64,000 nucleotides of DNA from Bdellovibrionales bacterium (GCA_965261545.1 CBDHDF010000010.1:256001-320000), one strand, 5' to 3'; positions 28,245 to 38,432 are shown, numbered from the stretch's first letter. The notes: generated from the letters alone by a model not told the origin. Translations and numbers: made by a program.

Positions 28245-29336
28245 GTGCAAGAAGTCAACAACACACAGATTGACGCGATGTGCCGCTGTGGATCGGGAAA
28301 ACTTCATCGGTATTGTTGCTTTAATAAGGTGATTAAGTTTCCAAGAAAGAGTCAATTTGAAGGAAATAGCTTCCATACAGTCCAGGAACTTCTTGCAATG
28401 GCCACAGAAGCTTTAAAGGAGCAAGAATTTCATTCACTTGAGGAAATCAATACCGAGCTTGCTCGCTTTTACAATAATCAAAATAATTTGCCTAAAGCAC
28501 CTTTCTTAGGGCTCACACCCGCACAAATGCATCGGATTCTCTACACTCCCTTTGATTTAAGCAATGAGATATTTCACTTTGATTATGTAAACCACCAGGC
28601 AGAGATTATCAATACTCCTCTCATCAACAGTGCTATTTATTTCTTGAATTATTTAAAAGAAGCTAAGTACTTGCGAGCCACAGCAAAGGGAAACTTGCCT
28701 ATGGTTTTTGTCAAGAGCTTTTACCAAGATCTTATTTCTAAGGACCCTGAACTTAGTCTTATTTACTCTAAATCTTTCCAAAGACGTTTTCCTTGCCGCA
28801 AAGAAGGAGATCTTTATCAATTAAAGTGCCTTAAACACTTACTACTTATGCAAGGAATCATAAAAAAAAGAGCTGGTAAATTTTCTCTCACTAAAAAGGG
28901 AGAAAAAATTATTGAAACTAACAATACCCTGAAACTTTTTGAGAACCTCGTTGAGGCTCTTTTTAATAAATTTAATTGGGGATTTCAAGATCTTTACCCA
29001 AGCTTCTCACTGATTCAATCCAGTGCTGTTTTTAATGTATACTTATTACATAAGCATGCTAATAACTGGATTTCAAAATCAGAACTCGGCGAAATCTACT
29101 TGCGAGCTTTTCCTAAATTGATTGAAGAAGCTCCTTATTCATACTTAACTCCTGAGGATGATGTCATCAATAGCTTTTCTTTTCGCTTCTTGGAAATCGT
29201 TTCTTATCCTTTGGGGTGGGTGAAAGTCGACCCCATGGAAGAGGGAATGCATCACTATAATTTCAAAGTAAGTGCCTTCTTTAAAAAGTGCTTTAAGCCC
29301 TTACAGGACTTAAACTCGCCTTCTTTGGATACATAG
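28245..29336 (+). CDS. SEC-C motif-containing hypothetical protein
   Basis: N-terminal CRCGSGKLHRYCC Zn-binding motif; AT-rich coding sequence. Confidence 0.75.
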   Translation: MQEVNNTQIDAMCRCGSGKLHRYCCFNKVIKFPRKSQFEGNSFHTVQELLAMATEALKEQEFHSLEEINTELARFYNNQNNLPKAPFLGLTPAQMHRILYTPFDLSNEIFHFDYVNHQAEIINTPLINSAIYFLNYLKEAKYLRATAKGNLPMVFVKSFYQDLISKDPELSLIYSKSFQRRFPCRKEGDLYQLKCLKHLLLMQGIIKKRAGKFSLTKKGEKIIETNNTLKLFENLVEALFNKFNWGFQDLYPSFSLIQSSAVFNVYLLHKHANNWISKSELGEIYLRAFPKLIEEAPYSYLTPEDDVINSFSFRFLEIVSYPLGWVKVDPMEEGMHHYNFKVSAFFKKCFKPLQDLNSPSLDT

Positions 29337-29401
29337 GAGGTGTAAGTAAATAACCGCAGTTGCAATTCTTCTTAATTTAACTGAAATAAGTTCAAAGTAA
29401 A

Positions 29402-29489
29402 TGGCGGAGAGAGTGAGATTCGAACTCACGGTACGTTGCCGTACACACGCGTTCCAGGCGTGCGCCTTAGACCACTCGGCCACCTCTCC
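29402..29489 (-). tRNA. tRNA-Ser (GGA)
   Basis: GGAGAGG acceptor stem, D-loop AGTGG, anticodon arm CACGC-CTGGAAC-GCGTG, long variable arm, GTTCGAAT, encoded CCA. Confidence 0.97.
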
Positions 29490-29690
29490 TAAGCTTCTTA
29501 TAATAATGTTTTCCCTAAGTAGCAATCTTTTTTAAGTTACCAATATTACCAATAATGGTGGTGAGTTTTACGCGCAAAGAGCTTTGAATTTGTCCTTGAG
29601 TTATTTCAAATGACTAGACATGTAATAATATAATGGTAATTATATAAAAAAGTTATACCAAGACCTGAACTTTATGCTAGCATAATTTTC

Positions 29691-31043
29691 ATGGATCACA
29701 TGAATCAGTTATTTTCCAAGGGAGAGTTTATATTTCATCAAGGTGATGAAGGGGACTATGCCTATATTATTGAAGAGGGGAGCATTGAAATTTTCCTCGA
29801 AGAAGGGGGAGATGAAATTCCCGTGGCGAGGTTGGGAGTGGGTGAAATTTTTGGAGAAATGGTGACTCTTCATGCCCATGGTTCCAACTCCGATGGAGGA
29901 TCACTCCGTTCGGCCTCAGCTCGTGTCATGAAAGATTGTTGTTTATCTATTGTTTCTCGAAGCCAACTGCATTCTTCTTTTGAAAAAGCCGGTCCTATTT
30001 TAAAGCTTTTGGTAAATACTTTTCTTCAGAGAATGGGTGCGGGATTACAGAAAAAATCCATTGAGGAAAATCCTCACGAGAAGCTAAAAATGGCTAGCCT
30101 CGAAACTAATCTCTCCACCCCTCCCTCCAGTTGGCAAGGGCAAAATCATGAAACCTTACACCATGAAGCTTTAGGCTATGAGTATGGCTTTAGTAACAAA
30201 GGGATTATGGCAAAAATGAATTTTGAGCAAGATATTAAAGAAGCTTTTGAGAACAAAGAGTTTTTTATTCAATATCAACCCATTGTGCATATGGCATCAC
30301 GCCAGTTGGCGGGATTTGAGGCTCTCATTCGTTGGAAAAGTCCCACAAAGGGTTTGGTTCGCCCCGATTTATTTATGGCTGTGGCTGAAGAAGGAAGTCT
30401 TATGGCGCCCATAGGTCGGTGGGTGTTGCAGCAAGCTATTAAAGATTTGAAAGAAATCACGAGGACCTTGGAGTGCAAGCCCTTTATGGCCATCAATGTT
30501 TCAGGTCGGCAGATTGCGGATTCCAGCTTTTTTAAAACTCTTGAAAATGAACTTGATAAAACGGGTTGTGACCCCGCCCAAATCAAGCTCGAACTCACCG
30601 AGAGAGTTTTTGTGGAAGGAAGGGTGGCGAAGAATTGGATTCACCATTGCCAAGAAATGGGTGTGACGGTGGCCCTTGACGATTTTGGAACAGGATACTC
30701 AAGTTTAGGATCATTGAGAGAATTAAAAGTGGACAATTTTAAAATTGACCGCTCCTTTGTGAGCCATCTTATGACAGACAAGGTAAGCACGGTGATTGTT
30801 CAGGGTCTTATGAGTATTGCCCAAGGTTTGGGCATTGCCGTGGTGGCTGAAGGTATCGAAACCAGAAAGCAGGAACAAGGGCTCAATGAGATGGGTTGTT
30901 CCTATGGCCAGGGCTATATTTACTCGAAATCTCTTTCACTGGATCAAGTCATAGAGCTTTGTCAACAAAAACAAATTGACACGAAAAGCCCTTCCCCTCA
31001 AAGAATCATAGAGTTTGGTCCTCTTTCCCCAAGCTTTGTGTAG
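29691..31043 (+). CDS. cNMP-binding + EAL c-di-GMP phosphodiesterase (Bd1971-like), copy 1
   Basis: IFHQGDEGD.AYII, FGEM...RSASA; QPI, EALIR, INVS, ELTE, DDFGTGYSS, KID, AEGIE, QGY. Confidence 0.9.
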   Translation: MDHMNQLFSKGEFIFHQGDEGDYAYIIEEGSIEIFLEEGGDEIPVARLGVGEIFGEMVTLHAHGSNSDGGSLRSASARVMKDCCLSIVSRSQLHSSFEKAGPILKLLVNTFLQRMGAGLQKKSIEENPHEKLKMASLETNLSTPPSSWQGQNHETLHHEALGYEYGFSNKGIMAKMNFEQDIKEAFENKEFFIQYQPIVHMASRQLAGFEALIRWKSPTKGLVRPDLFMAVAEEGSLMAPIGRWVLQQAIKDLKEITRTLECKPFMAINVSGRQIADSSFFKTLENELDKTGCDPAQIKLELTERVFVEGRVAKNWIHHCQEMGVTVALDDFGTGYSSLGSLRELKVDNFKIDRSFVSHLMTDKVSTVIVQGLMSIAQGLGIAVVAEGIETRKQEQGLNEMGCSYGQGYIYSKSLSLDQVIELCQQKQIDTKSPSPQRIIEFGPLSPSFV

Positions 31044-31312
31044 CATCACCCAATGGCTTCATTGTGGAGGGTGCCCCCATGAGAAGTTATACATATATAT
31101 TATAATTATACTCGAAATCAAAATTGAAAGTCTAAAAGTAAATTTGATGCTAAGTATGCCATCTGGTCAGTTCAATAACGCAAATTGTTATTCTCCCAGC
31201 ATCAATTAAAGGAACCACTATGTTACATTATAGACTTATAGCAATATAAAATAATACAAATTATTTGAGAAATTTATACCCAGACCTTGGATTTATGTAT
31301 AAGATGACTGGC

Positions 31313-32629
31313 ATGAATCGATTGTTTTCTAAGGACAAATTCATATTTCATCAAGGCGACGAAGGGGACTGTGCCTATATTATTGAAAAAGGGTCTGTGG
31401 AAATTTTCCTTGAAGAGAGTGGAGTTGAAATATCTATCTCGATGTTGGGTGTGGGTGAGATCTTTGGAGAGATGGCAATTCTTGATTCCTGTGAGCGGTC
31501 AGCTTCGGCCCGAGCCCTTGAAGATTGTGATTTATTCGCTGTTTCTCGATGTCACTTATACTCTCATTTTGAAAAAGCTGATTCTACCATCCAACTTTTG
31601 ATGAAAGTCTTTCTCAGAAGACTTCGTGCAGGGCTGGAAGAAAAAGCCAGGGAAAGAAAACCCTTTCGACAATCGAACACTGAGGCAAGTCTCTCAATAA
31701 AGCCCCATCATGGGAACGGTAAGAGCCATGAAACTCATGGCAACTACGACGAGGATCAAGGGAGTTGTGAAACTCACGGGCATGAAAGTTACCAGGTTCA
31801 AGAGATCATTAATAAAATTCGTTTTGAACAAGATATTCAAGAAGCCTTTGAAAAAAAAGAGCTTTTTGTTTGCTATCAACCCATTGTGAATATGGCATCA
31901 CATCAACTGGCTGGATTTGAGGCTCTTGTGCGCTGGAAAAGTCCCACAAAAGGTTTGCCTTGTAACGATATATTTCTAGCGGTGGCCGAAGATAGAGATC
32001 TTATGAGACCCATTGGCAGATGGGTGTTGCAAAAAGCCATCAAAGACTTAGAAGAAATCAACAGGACTGTGCACTTTAAACCCTTTATGGCTATCAATAT
32101 TTCAGGTGGGCAAATCAATGACTCCCAGTTCTTTAAAACTCTTGAAGGTGGAATTGATAAGGCGGGCTGTGACCCCAGCCAAGTCAAACTCGAAATTACA
32201 GAAAAAGTTTTTGTTGAAAAAAGGGCTGCAATGAGATGGATTCGACGCTGCCAGCAAATGGGTGTGACAGTGGCTCTTGATGACTTTGGTACAGAGTATT
32301 CGAGCCTAGGAGCACTGACACAATTGAGAGTGGATAATCTTAAAATTGATAGATTCTTTGTGAGTCGTCTTCTTATGGACAGGGCAAGCACAGTGGTTGT
32401 TCAGGGGCTCATAAGTATTGCAAGGGGATTAAATATTCCCGTGGTGGCTGAAGGGGTTGAAACTAGAAAGCAGGAACAAGGGCTCAGCGAGATGGGTTGT
32501 TCTTATGGTCAGGGCTATTTTTATTCCAAACCTCTTTCTTTAGAACTGGCTCTCGATCTTTGCCAGCAGAATTCAACGGCCATCCAACACTCTTCCCTTC
32601 AAAGAACCACAGAAGCCCTACGATATTGA
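31313..32629 (+). CDS. cNMP-binding + EAL protein (Bd1971-like), copy 2; start inferred by alignment to copy 1 (ORF open from 31265)
   Basis: Paralogue of copy 1; FGEMAILDSCERSASA; EALVR; DDFGTEYSS. Confidence 0.88.
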   Translation: MNRLFSKDKFIFHQGDEGDCAYIIEKGSVEIFLEESGVEISISMLGVGEIFGEMAILDSCERSASARALEDCDLFAVSRCHLYSHFEKADSTIQLLMKVFLRRLRAGLEEKARERKPFRQSNTEASLSIKPHHGNGKSHETHGNYDEDQGSCETHGHESYQVQEIINKIRFEQDIQEAFEKKELFVCYQPIVNMASHQLAGFEALVRWKSPTKGLPCNDIFLAVAEDRDLMRPIGRWVLQKAIKDLEEINRTVHFKPFMAINISGGQINDSQFFKTLEGGIDKAGCDPSQVKLEITEKVFVEKRAAMRWIRRCQQMGVTVALDDFGTEYSSLGALTQLRVDNLKIDRFFVSRLLMDRASTVVVQGLISIARGLNIPVVAEGVETRKQEQGLSEMGCSYGQGYFYSKPLSLELALDLCQQNSTAIQHSSLQRTTEALRY

Positions 32630-32707
32630 CCTGAATCCATTCCGTTTCCTTAAACTAAGCGTGTTCAGAAGCATATTTTGCGATGAGTTATTGTCATCCC
32701 AATACTT

Positions 32708-35700
32708 CTATTGGGCTTGTTGAGTGGGCTTGCTGGAGGGGTCCTTGTCGTACAGGGGGAGGCTTGCCACATGCAGTGTTTGGGTGGGAAAGGCGAATTC
32801 AACATCTACCCTCTTGGCAAGCTTCATGATTTCTAAAAAGATACTCTGTCTTTCTGTAAGCTCCATGCCCCAATTGGGAACTTCTAAAAAAGCGTAGAGA
32901 AGAATATTGAGGCTGGAGTCTCCGTATTCATTAAAGACAACATGGTAGATGTCCTTTCTTGTATGAGGATGCTCTTGGATGATATCCTTAATACCTTGAA
33001 TAAAGGTTTGCATTTGCTCCGGAGTGGTATCGTAGGTGAGACCTATGTGTGTTCTGATACGTCGATAGCGTCGTTGCCCCATATTATCAATATTTTTATT
33101 GGCAAGTAGAGAGTTGGGGATGCTGATGATGGAGTTATAAAAGGTTCGTATTCTTGTCGAGCGAAAACCAATCTCTTCCACCGTTCCCTCAGCATCACTG
33201 GTCACAACCCAATCCCCAATTTTGAAGGGTTGATCCATAAAAATCATGATGGAACCAAAGAGGTTGGCTGCAGTATCCTTGGCGGCGAGGGCAAAGGCAA
33301 GACCCCCAATGCCAAGTCCCGCTAAGATAGACATCACATTGAAGCCTAGGTTTTGTATGGCCATAAGGCCACCGATGAGGGCGACAAAAAATCGCATGGA
33401 TTTAGCAATGAGAGGTACTAAGTGGTCGTCTAGCTCCGACTCTGTTTTTTTAGCAAAGCGTTTAAAAAGTTCAGTAAAAATATCTGTGAGACGATAGGCC
33501 GCCCAAACCAAACTGATACTAAATGTGAATTGAATCATTATAAGTAGAAATGAGCGAAGAAGTCCGTCCAGGTTAAGATGATAAATGCAAAGAAACCATA
33601 CAGCTGTGGCCCCTAAAAGTCCTAGGGGTTTTTCTAAGGAGAGGATGAGTTTGTAACGAATAGAGTCTTCACGACGAAGAATCCACTTTTTAAAGATAAG
33701 AAAAAGAAACTCAGCGAAAGACTTTACAATAAAGCCAAGAAGAAGGGAGACAAAAAGACCCAACCACTTCCAGTTTTCAAGTCCAAGGCTTTTTTGGGTG
33801 GACCAAGAGGGGAGTTTGTCTTTCCAACCTTGGGTGAAGAGTGCCCCTTGAGTGGTTCCTTTAAGGTAGGGTAGATGTTTGATCTTATTATAAAACTCTT
33901 TGGCTCGTAGGGTGGTGTCCGTCGTAAAGAGATATTGGTGGGCATGGGGACCTTTTTCGATTTTTGCAATGGTGATTTCAGTGTCTTTGAGTCGCCACTT
34001 GGGTAACTCGGTGTTGTCGGGAATAAGGCTCAAATTGATGATGATAACACGGTCGAGAACTTCTTTGAGTAAAATAGCAGCTTGCTTTCCCTCTTGGGTT
34101 CGCGCCAAGGTGGGTAGAGAAGAGAGATCAAAGCAGCGAGTGGCATCGTTGATTCGCTGTATGAGTTGATCGTTATTTGTTTCAATACCATTCTTATAAT
34201 CATTCATGGCCTCCATATAGGACTTCATGGTATCTCGTGGGTGATCCAGGCGCACAGGTTTTAGTGGGGAGGAGGCCGATGTCGTGGTGGACATGGTGAT
34301 TGATATGAGAATTATCATAATGAGACCCGTAAGGCCCGCAACAAATGACTTGAGGGCGGGGACCATCATAATGAGGCCAGCAATGAATGACTTGAGAACG
34401 GGAATCCCTGCTTGTGCCATAATTTTTATAGCATTGGTTGTGGGGCAGGGGCCTGGATGTATCTTATAGTTAAATATCAATTGGTCCTTTTCAGCTTCGT
34501 CGCGAAAATGCCAGTTTTCCATTCTAGGTATATTTTTTTCCATTTTTGACAACTCAAGATCATGGCTACTAATAAACCCTAGGGCTTTTGGAAAACGAAC
34601 AATTTCCTGAATGACTGTTTGACTTCCCATAAGTCTTTCTTGATTATTTGTTCCATTGAAAATCTCATCAATAAAATATAGAAAGGGCTTCTGAGCTTGG
34701 GCGACTTTGAGTATATGTGAAATACGCTTCACTTCATAATAAAATTTTGAATACCCATCTTGTAGAGAATCACTGACTTTGAGGCATGAAAACATAGGAC
34801 AGCAAAAGCTCTTAAAACTCTTGGCGTAAACAGGTGCTCCTATCATTGCGAGAGTATGGTTGATGCCAATGGTACGCAAGAAGGTCGATTTGCCTGCCAT
34901 ATTTGAGCCTGTGAGAAGAACGAGTTGAGCGGTGAGAGAAAAATTATTTCTGACCACTTGATTTTTTGGGATCAAGGGGTGGTAAATGCCTTTAAAGGTA
35001 AGTTCGATTTTATCGGGGGCATGATTTTTAGAGCTATCGAGTTCATTAGAGGGAGCGAAGGTGTTCAAGGTATCAGAGGTGTTCAAGGTGTCAGAGGTGT
35101 TGAATACACGAGAGGCACCGGAAGCACCCGAAACATCGGGAAGGCAAGAGGTTTGAAAGTGAGACATAAAGCTAAGACTCATGAGGGCTTCGAACTCTCC
35201 TAGCTCTTCTAGGATAAATGGAAGCTCTTTAGACGCAGAGACTCTCCATCTTTCTACAAAGAAGGTGATAAGGTATTCCCATGGTAAAAAGAGGTTGACG
35301 GCGATATGTGCAATGGGATGGGCTTGAACACTGAGCAAAGAGATGAAAAATTGCAACTTCTTATACTTCTTTGAGAACTGGCATTGGTGTAGATTTTTAA
35401 AATGGCTTAAAAATGTTTTCTTATCTTTGAATTTGATTTCAATATGCTGAAGCAGAGGTTTGAGGGCTTGAGTTTTTTGCGCTAAATCTTGTGCATGGGT
35501 AAATCCTTCGTGGGCTTTTGGACGAAAGCCTACGATGAAGAATAAATAAAGTACTATGGGGAGCGCTGGAGGGAGTGGTAAAGTTCCAGCAAGTCCGAGG
35601 GCAACACTTACCCACATAGTGATAAGAAGAAATGACTGAACTTTGAAGTGTTTGAAAAATTCAGGGCTTACAAGGGAGCGGTCAAGGTCAAGTTTTGTGA

Positions 35701-36280
35701 TGGAAAGTTGGCTACGCTTTTCCTCTCCGAGGATTTTGAGGTAGAGAAATCGCCAAAGAAAGGGGCGCCACTGAGTCCATTTATCTTGACGAAGATGAAT
35801 AGCTTCGAGTTGGGGATCATGGAGGCTTTCAAACCACCGCAAAAGGGTAGACTCTCCATAGGGCGTAAAGCTTTCATTGACGAACTCAAAGAGGGATTTT
35901 TTTCCAAAGAGATGAAAATCTTGGGATAATATTTCTAGCTCTCCTTTTAGGAAAGGTTTTGCAGGGTTTTCATTGACAAAAAGCCCCATGGCTTTGGCTT
36001 CCTGCCTTTTAAAGAAGTCATAGAGGAAGTGAAGGTGTTGAATAAATTTCTTTAGATTTCTGTGGGCCAATATCAAGTAGAAAAAATAGATCAAATCTAT
36101 AAACCAAAGGAAAATAAAGGGGAAGGGGGAACTAACAAGGGGAATGACAATCAAGAGACCGAGTCCGAGGAGGCCACTAATTAAGCGTAGCGTCATATTT
36201 TTCTGAAGCAATTGTTGGTACTTTGCTTTTTGTTTTGTCAGTTTGTTTTGCCAATATTGCAAGCGGTTTATATGTATCAT
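32708..36280 (-). CDS. Fused ORF: membrane-anchored MutS domain V ATPase (about 36280-34397) plus MscS-family mechanosensitive channel (about 34369-32708)
   Basis: TGSNMAGKSTFLR, DSLQDG.S.FY.E, IDEIFNGTN, SSHDLEL (MutS-V); GLGIGGLAFALAAKDT.ANLFG, PFKIGDWV, GTVEEIGFRSTRIRT, FAFPTQTL (MscS). Confidence 0.85.
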   Translation of the reverse strand: MIHINRLQYWQNKLTKQKAKYQQLLQKNMTLRLISGLLGLGLLIVIPLVSSPFPFIFLWFIDLIYFFYLILAHRNLKKFIQHLHFLYDFFKRQEAKAMGLFVNENPAKPFLKGELEILSQDFHLFGKKSLFEFVNESFTPYGESTLLRWFESLHDPQLEAIHLRQDKWTQWRPFLWRFLYLKILGEEKRSQLSITKLDLDRSLVSPEFFKHFKVQSFLLITMWVSVALGLAGTLPLPPALPIVLYLFFIVGFRPKAHEGFTHAQDLAQKTQALKPLLQHIEIKFKDKKTFLSHFKNLHQCQFSKKYKKLQFFISLLSVQAHPIAHIAVNLFLPWEYLITFFVERWRVSASKELPFILEELGEFEALMSLSFMSHFQTSCLPDVSGASGASRVFNTSDTLNTSDTLNTFAPSNELDSSKNHAPDKIELTFKGIYHPLIPKNQVVRNNFSLTAQLVLLTGSNMAGKSTFLRTIGINHTLAMIGAPVYAKSFKSFCCPMFSCLKVSDSLQDGYSKFYYEVKRISHILKVAQAQKPFLYFIDEIFNGTNNQERLMGSQTVIQEIVRFPKALGFISSHDLELSKMEKNIPRMENWHFRDEAEKDQLIFNYKIHPGPCPTTNAIKIMAQAGIPVLKSFIAGLIMMVPALKSFVAGLTGLIMIILISITMSTTTSASSPLKPVRLDHPRDTMKSYMEAMNDYKNGIETNNDQLIQRINDATRCFDLSSLPTLARTQEGKQAAILLKEVLDRVIIINLSLIPDNTELPKWRLKDTEITIAKIEKGPHAHQYLFTTDTTLRAKEFYNKIKHLPYLKGTTQGALFTQGWKDKLPSWSTQKSLGLENWKWLGLFVSLLLGFIVKSFAEFLFLIFKKWILRREDSIRYKLILSLEKPLGLLGATAVWFLCIYHLNLDGLLRSFLLIMIQFTFSISLVWAAYRLTDIFTELFKRFAKKTESELDDHLVPLIAKSMRFFVALIGGLMAIQNLGFNVMSILAGLGIGGLAFALAAKDTAANLFGSIMIFMDQPFKIGDWVVTSDAEGTVEEIGFRSTRIRTFYNSIISIPNSLLANKNIDNMGQRRYRRIRTHIGLTYDTTPEQMQTFIQGIKDIIQEHPHTRKDIYHVVFNEYGDSSLNILLYAFLEVPNWGMELTERQSIFLEIMKLAKRVDVEFAFPTQTLHVASLPLYDKDPSSKPTQQAQ

Positions 36281-36375
36281 CTTTTTTAAGATCCTTGTTC
36301 TTCAAGATCCTTGGGATTCTTTGAGGCACTGTTTTTTTGCTCTAAGGGAGCGAGAGCCTAGTGACACGGTTTCTA

Positions 36376-36413
36376 TTTATCGGTTTGATGGGTTTTTATC
36401 GGTTTGATGGGTT
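36376..36413. repeat. Exact 19-bp direct tandem repeat in a divergent intergenic region
   Basis: tttatcggtttgatgggtt x2. Confidence 0.9.
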
Positions 36414-36556
36414 AAAACATTGAGACACGAAGTGACCTCGACTTTCTGTGGCTTCTGTGTGCTGTATTGTATGCTTATGCCTACTTGTTACGCAACTTTG
36501 TAAGAAAGGGGACTAAGGACTGGCCTTGCTGTCTGTTGTGTGGCAAAACAAGAGTC

Positions 36557-37462
36557 ATGAAAGCTTTGGTGATTGAAAATTTAGAGAAGAACTATGGCCC
36601 GATTCGAGCTGTGGATAACGTGAGTTTTCATATTGATACGGGAGAAATATTTGGCTTACTTGGACCCAATGGAGCGGGAAAGACTTCTATTATTTCCTGT
36701 ATCGTGACTGTCTCTCAGCCCAGTTCAGGGTCGGTAAAAATATTTGGTCATGAGATGCACCAAAACTCCAAAAAAGGTAAGGATTTGGTGGGGGTGGTTC
36801 CCCAGGAGCTTATTAACCATGGTTACTTTAATGTGGAGGAAATTCTTCACTTCTACTCAGGCTATTATGGGATTCTTAGGAACAAAGAGCAGATTCATTT
36901 CTTACTGGACCGCCTTCAATTGCAACAGCATCGTCACAAGAGGGTGAAGCAGTTGAGCGGGGGAATGAAGCGCCGCCTTCTTATTGCCAAATCCCTCCTT
37001 CACAAACCGAAGCTTCTTTTGTTGGACGAGCCCACAGCAGGTGTAGATATTGAGTTGAGAGAGGTTTTGTGGAAATTTGCCAAGGAGTTGAAAGAAGAGG
37101 GACTTTCTATTTTACTGACCACTCACTACTTGGAAGAGGCGGAAGAGTTATGTGACCGTGTTGGTATTTTAAATAAGGGTCGTTTGCACCTTATTGGAGA
37201 AACAAGCCGACTGATTCGAAGCCTGACTTATAGAAATGTGTCTCTAACTCTTAATAAAACAGAGACAAGCCCTCTGCTGACAGAGCACTCTCATCTATTG
37301 AAAAAATCTGAAAACTGTTTCATTTTTCGGATTCCCTCAGAGCAAACTCTAGGTCAGCTACTGACAGAAATTGGTGTTAACTCCAGTGATATTTTGGATC
37401 TAAATATTGAGGAAGGAAGCCTTGAAGATGCCTTTCGTATTGTTTTGGACACTTCAAAATGA
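36557..37462 (+). CDS. ABC-2 type transporter ATP-binding protein (YadG-like)
   Basis: GPNGAGKT, LSGGMKRR, LLLDEPTAGVD, TTHYLEEAE; start set at MKALVIE. Confidence 0.92.
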   Translation: MKALVIENLEKNYGPIRAVDNVSFHIDTGEIFGLLGPNGAGKTSIISCIVTVSQPSSGSVKIFGHEMHQNSKKGKDLVGVVPQELINHGYFNVEEILHFYSGYYGILRNKEQIHFLLDRLQLQQHRHKRVKQLSGGMKRRLLIAKSLLHKPKLLLLDEPTAGVDIELREVLWKFAKELKEEGLSILLTTHYLEEAEELCDRVGILNKGRLHLIGETSRLIRSLTYRNVSLTLNKTETSPLLTEHSHLLKKSENCFIFRIPSEQTLGQLLTEIGVNSSDILDLNIEEGSLEDAFRIVLDTSK

Positions 37463-37508
37463 AATCAGATATAAAAAATTAGCAACAAAGTCAGGAATAA
37501 GATTAGAT

Positions 37509-38306
37509 ATGAAATCAGAAATAAAATCAGATTTAAGATGGACTCCATTTATTATGCTATGCTATCGAGAAATTCGACGCTTTATGAAAGTTCTCATACA
37601 GACTGTCTTAACTCCCATTATGAATTCTAGTCTTTATTTTCTCATTTTTGGATTGAGTTTGAATATCACAATCCCAGGGGTTTCATCCTACCTTGCTTTT
37701 CTCATTCCTGGCCTTGTGATGATGGGATGTTTAAATAACTCTTTTCAAAATGCTTCAAGCTCTGTGGTTAGTTCCAAGTTCAGTGGAGAGTTGGAGGATT
37801 ACAAGGCGGCTCCTTTAAGTCATCAGCAATTTATATGGGCTTTGGCTTTTGGAGGTGTTGTAAGGGGCTTCTTGGTGGCAATCATCATCTTTGCAGTGGG
37901 ACAAGGGTTTTACTATATTCATTACTCCCATTTCTTTTTTATCGCCCATCCTCTGATCTTATTTTTCTTTCTCTTGGTGGGAGGACTTTCTTTTGCAAAG
38001 CTGGGATTATCTGTGGCTATTTGGTCCAAAACCTTTGACCAAATGAGTGCCGTGGGAAATTTTATTATCACTCCACTTATTTACCTTGGAGGAGTGTTCT
38101 TTTCTATTGATAGGTTACCAGAGTTTTGGCAGCAAGTTTCAAAATTTAATCCTTTATTTTACCTTATCAATGGAGTGAGGTATGGAGTCTTAGATCAAAG
38201 TGATGTTTCTATGACATCCGCAATTTTGATTGCTACTTTCTCTCTCGCTTGTTTCCATATACTTGCGTTATATAGCCTTAAAAAAGGTAGCTTTGTAAGG
38301 TGGTGA
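37509..38306 (+). CDS. ABC-2 type permease (YadH-like)
   Basis: REIRRF, YLAFLIPGLVMM, PLIYLGGVFFS, NPLFYLINGVRYG; start uncertain. Confidence 0.88.
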   Translation: MKSEIKSDLRWTPFIMLCYREIRRFMKVLIQTVLTPIMNSSLYFLIFGLSLNITIPGVSSYLAFLIPGLVMMGCLNNSFQNASSSVVSSKFSGELEDYKAAPLSHQQFIWALAFGGVVRGFLVAIIIFAVGQGFYYIHYSHFFFIAHPLILFFFLLVGGLSFAKLGLSVAIWSKTFDQMSAVGNFIITPLIYLGGVFFSIDRLPEFWQQVSKFNPLFYLINGVRYGVLDQSDVSMTSAILIATFSLACFHILALYSLKKGSFVRW

Positions 38307-38432
38307 TGCATTGGTGTGGCGAGTGGTGGTGTGATGTGTCGAGTGGATATTTGCAATCACCCAACTTTTTCATGGGGGCGCTTGGTTCTTGATCAGCGGG
38401 GGTTTGGGGGTGAAATTCCTTCGTTCTACTCG

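Noticed and set aside
29310..29525. 71-aa minus-strand ORF
   Set aside because: It overlaps tRNA-Ser and is a translation of the tRNA sequence
34397..36280. Calling this the mismatch-repair gene mutS or mutS2
   Set aside because: It has N-terminal TM helices, no mismatch-binding domain and no Smr domain; only the domain V ATPase is supported
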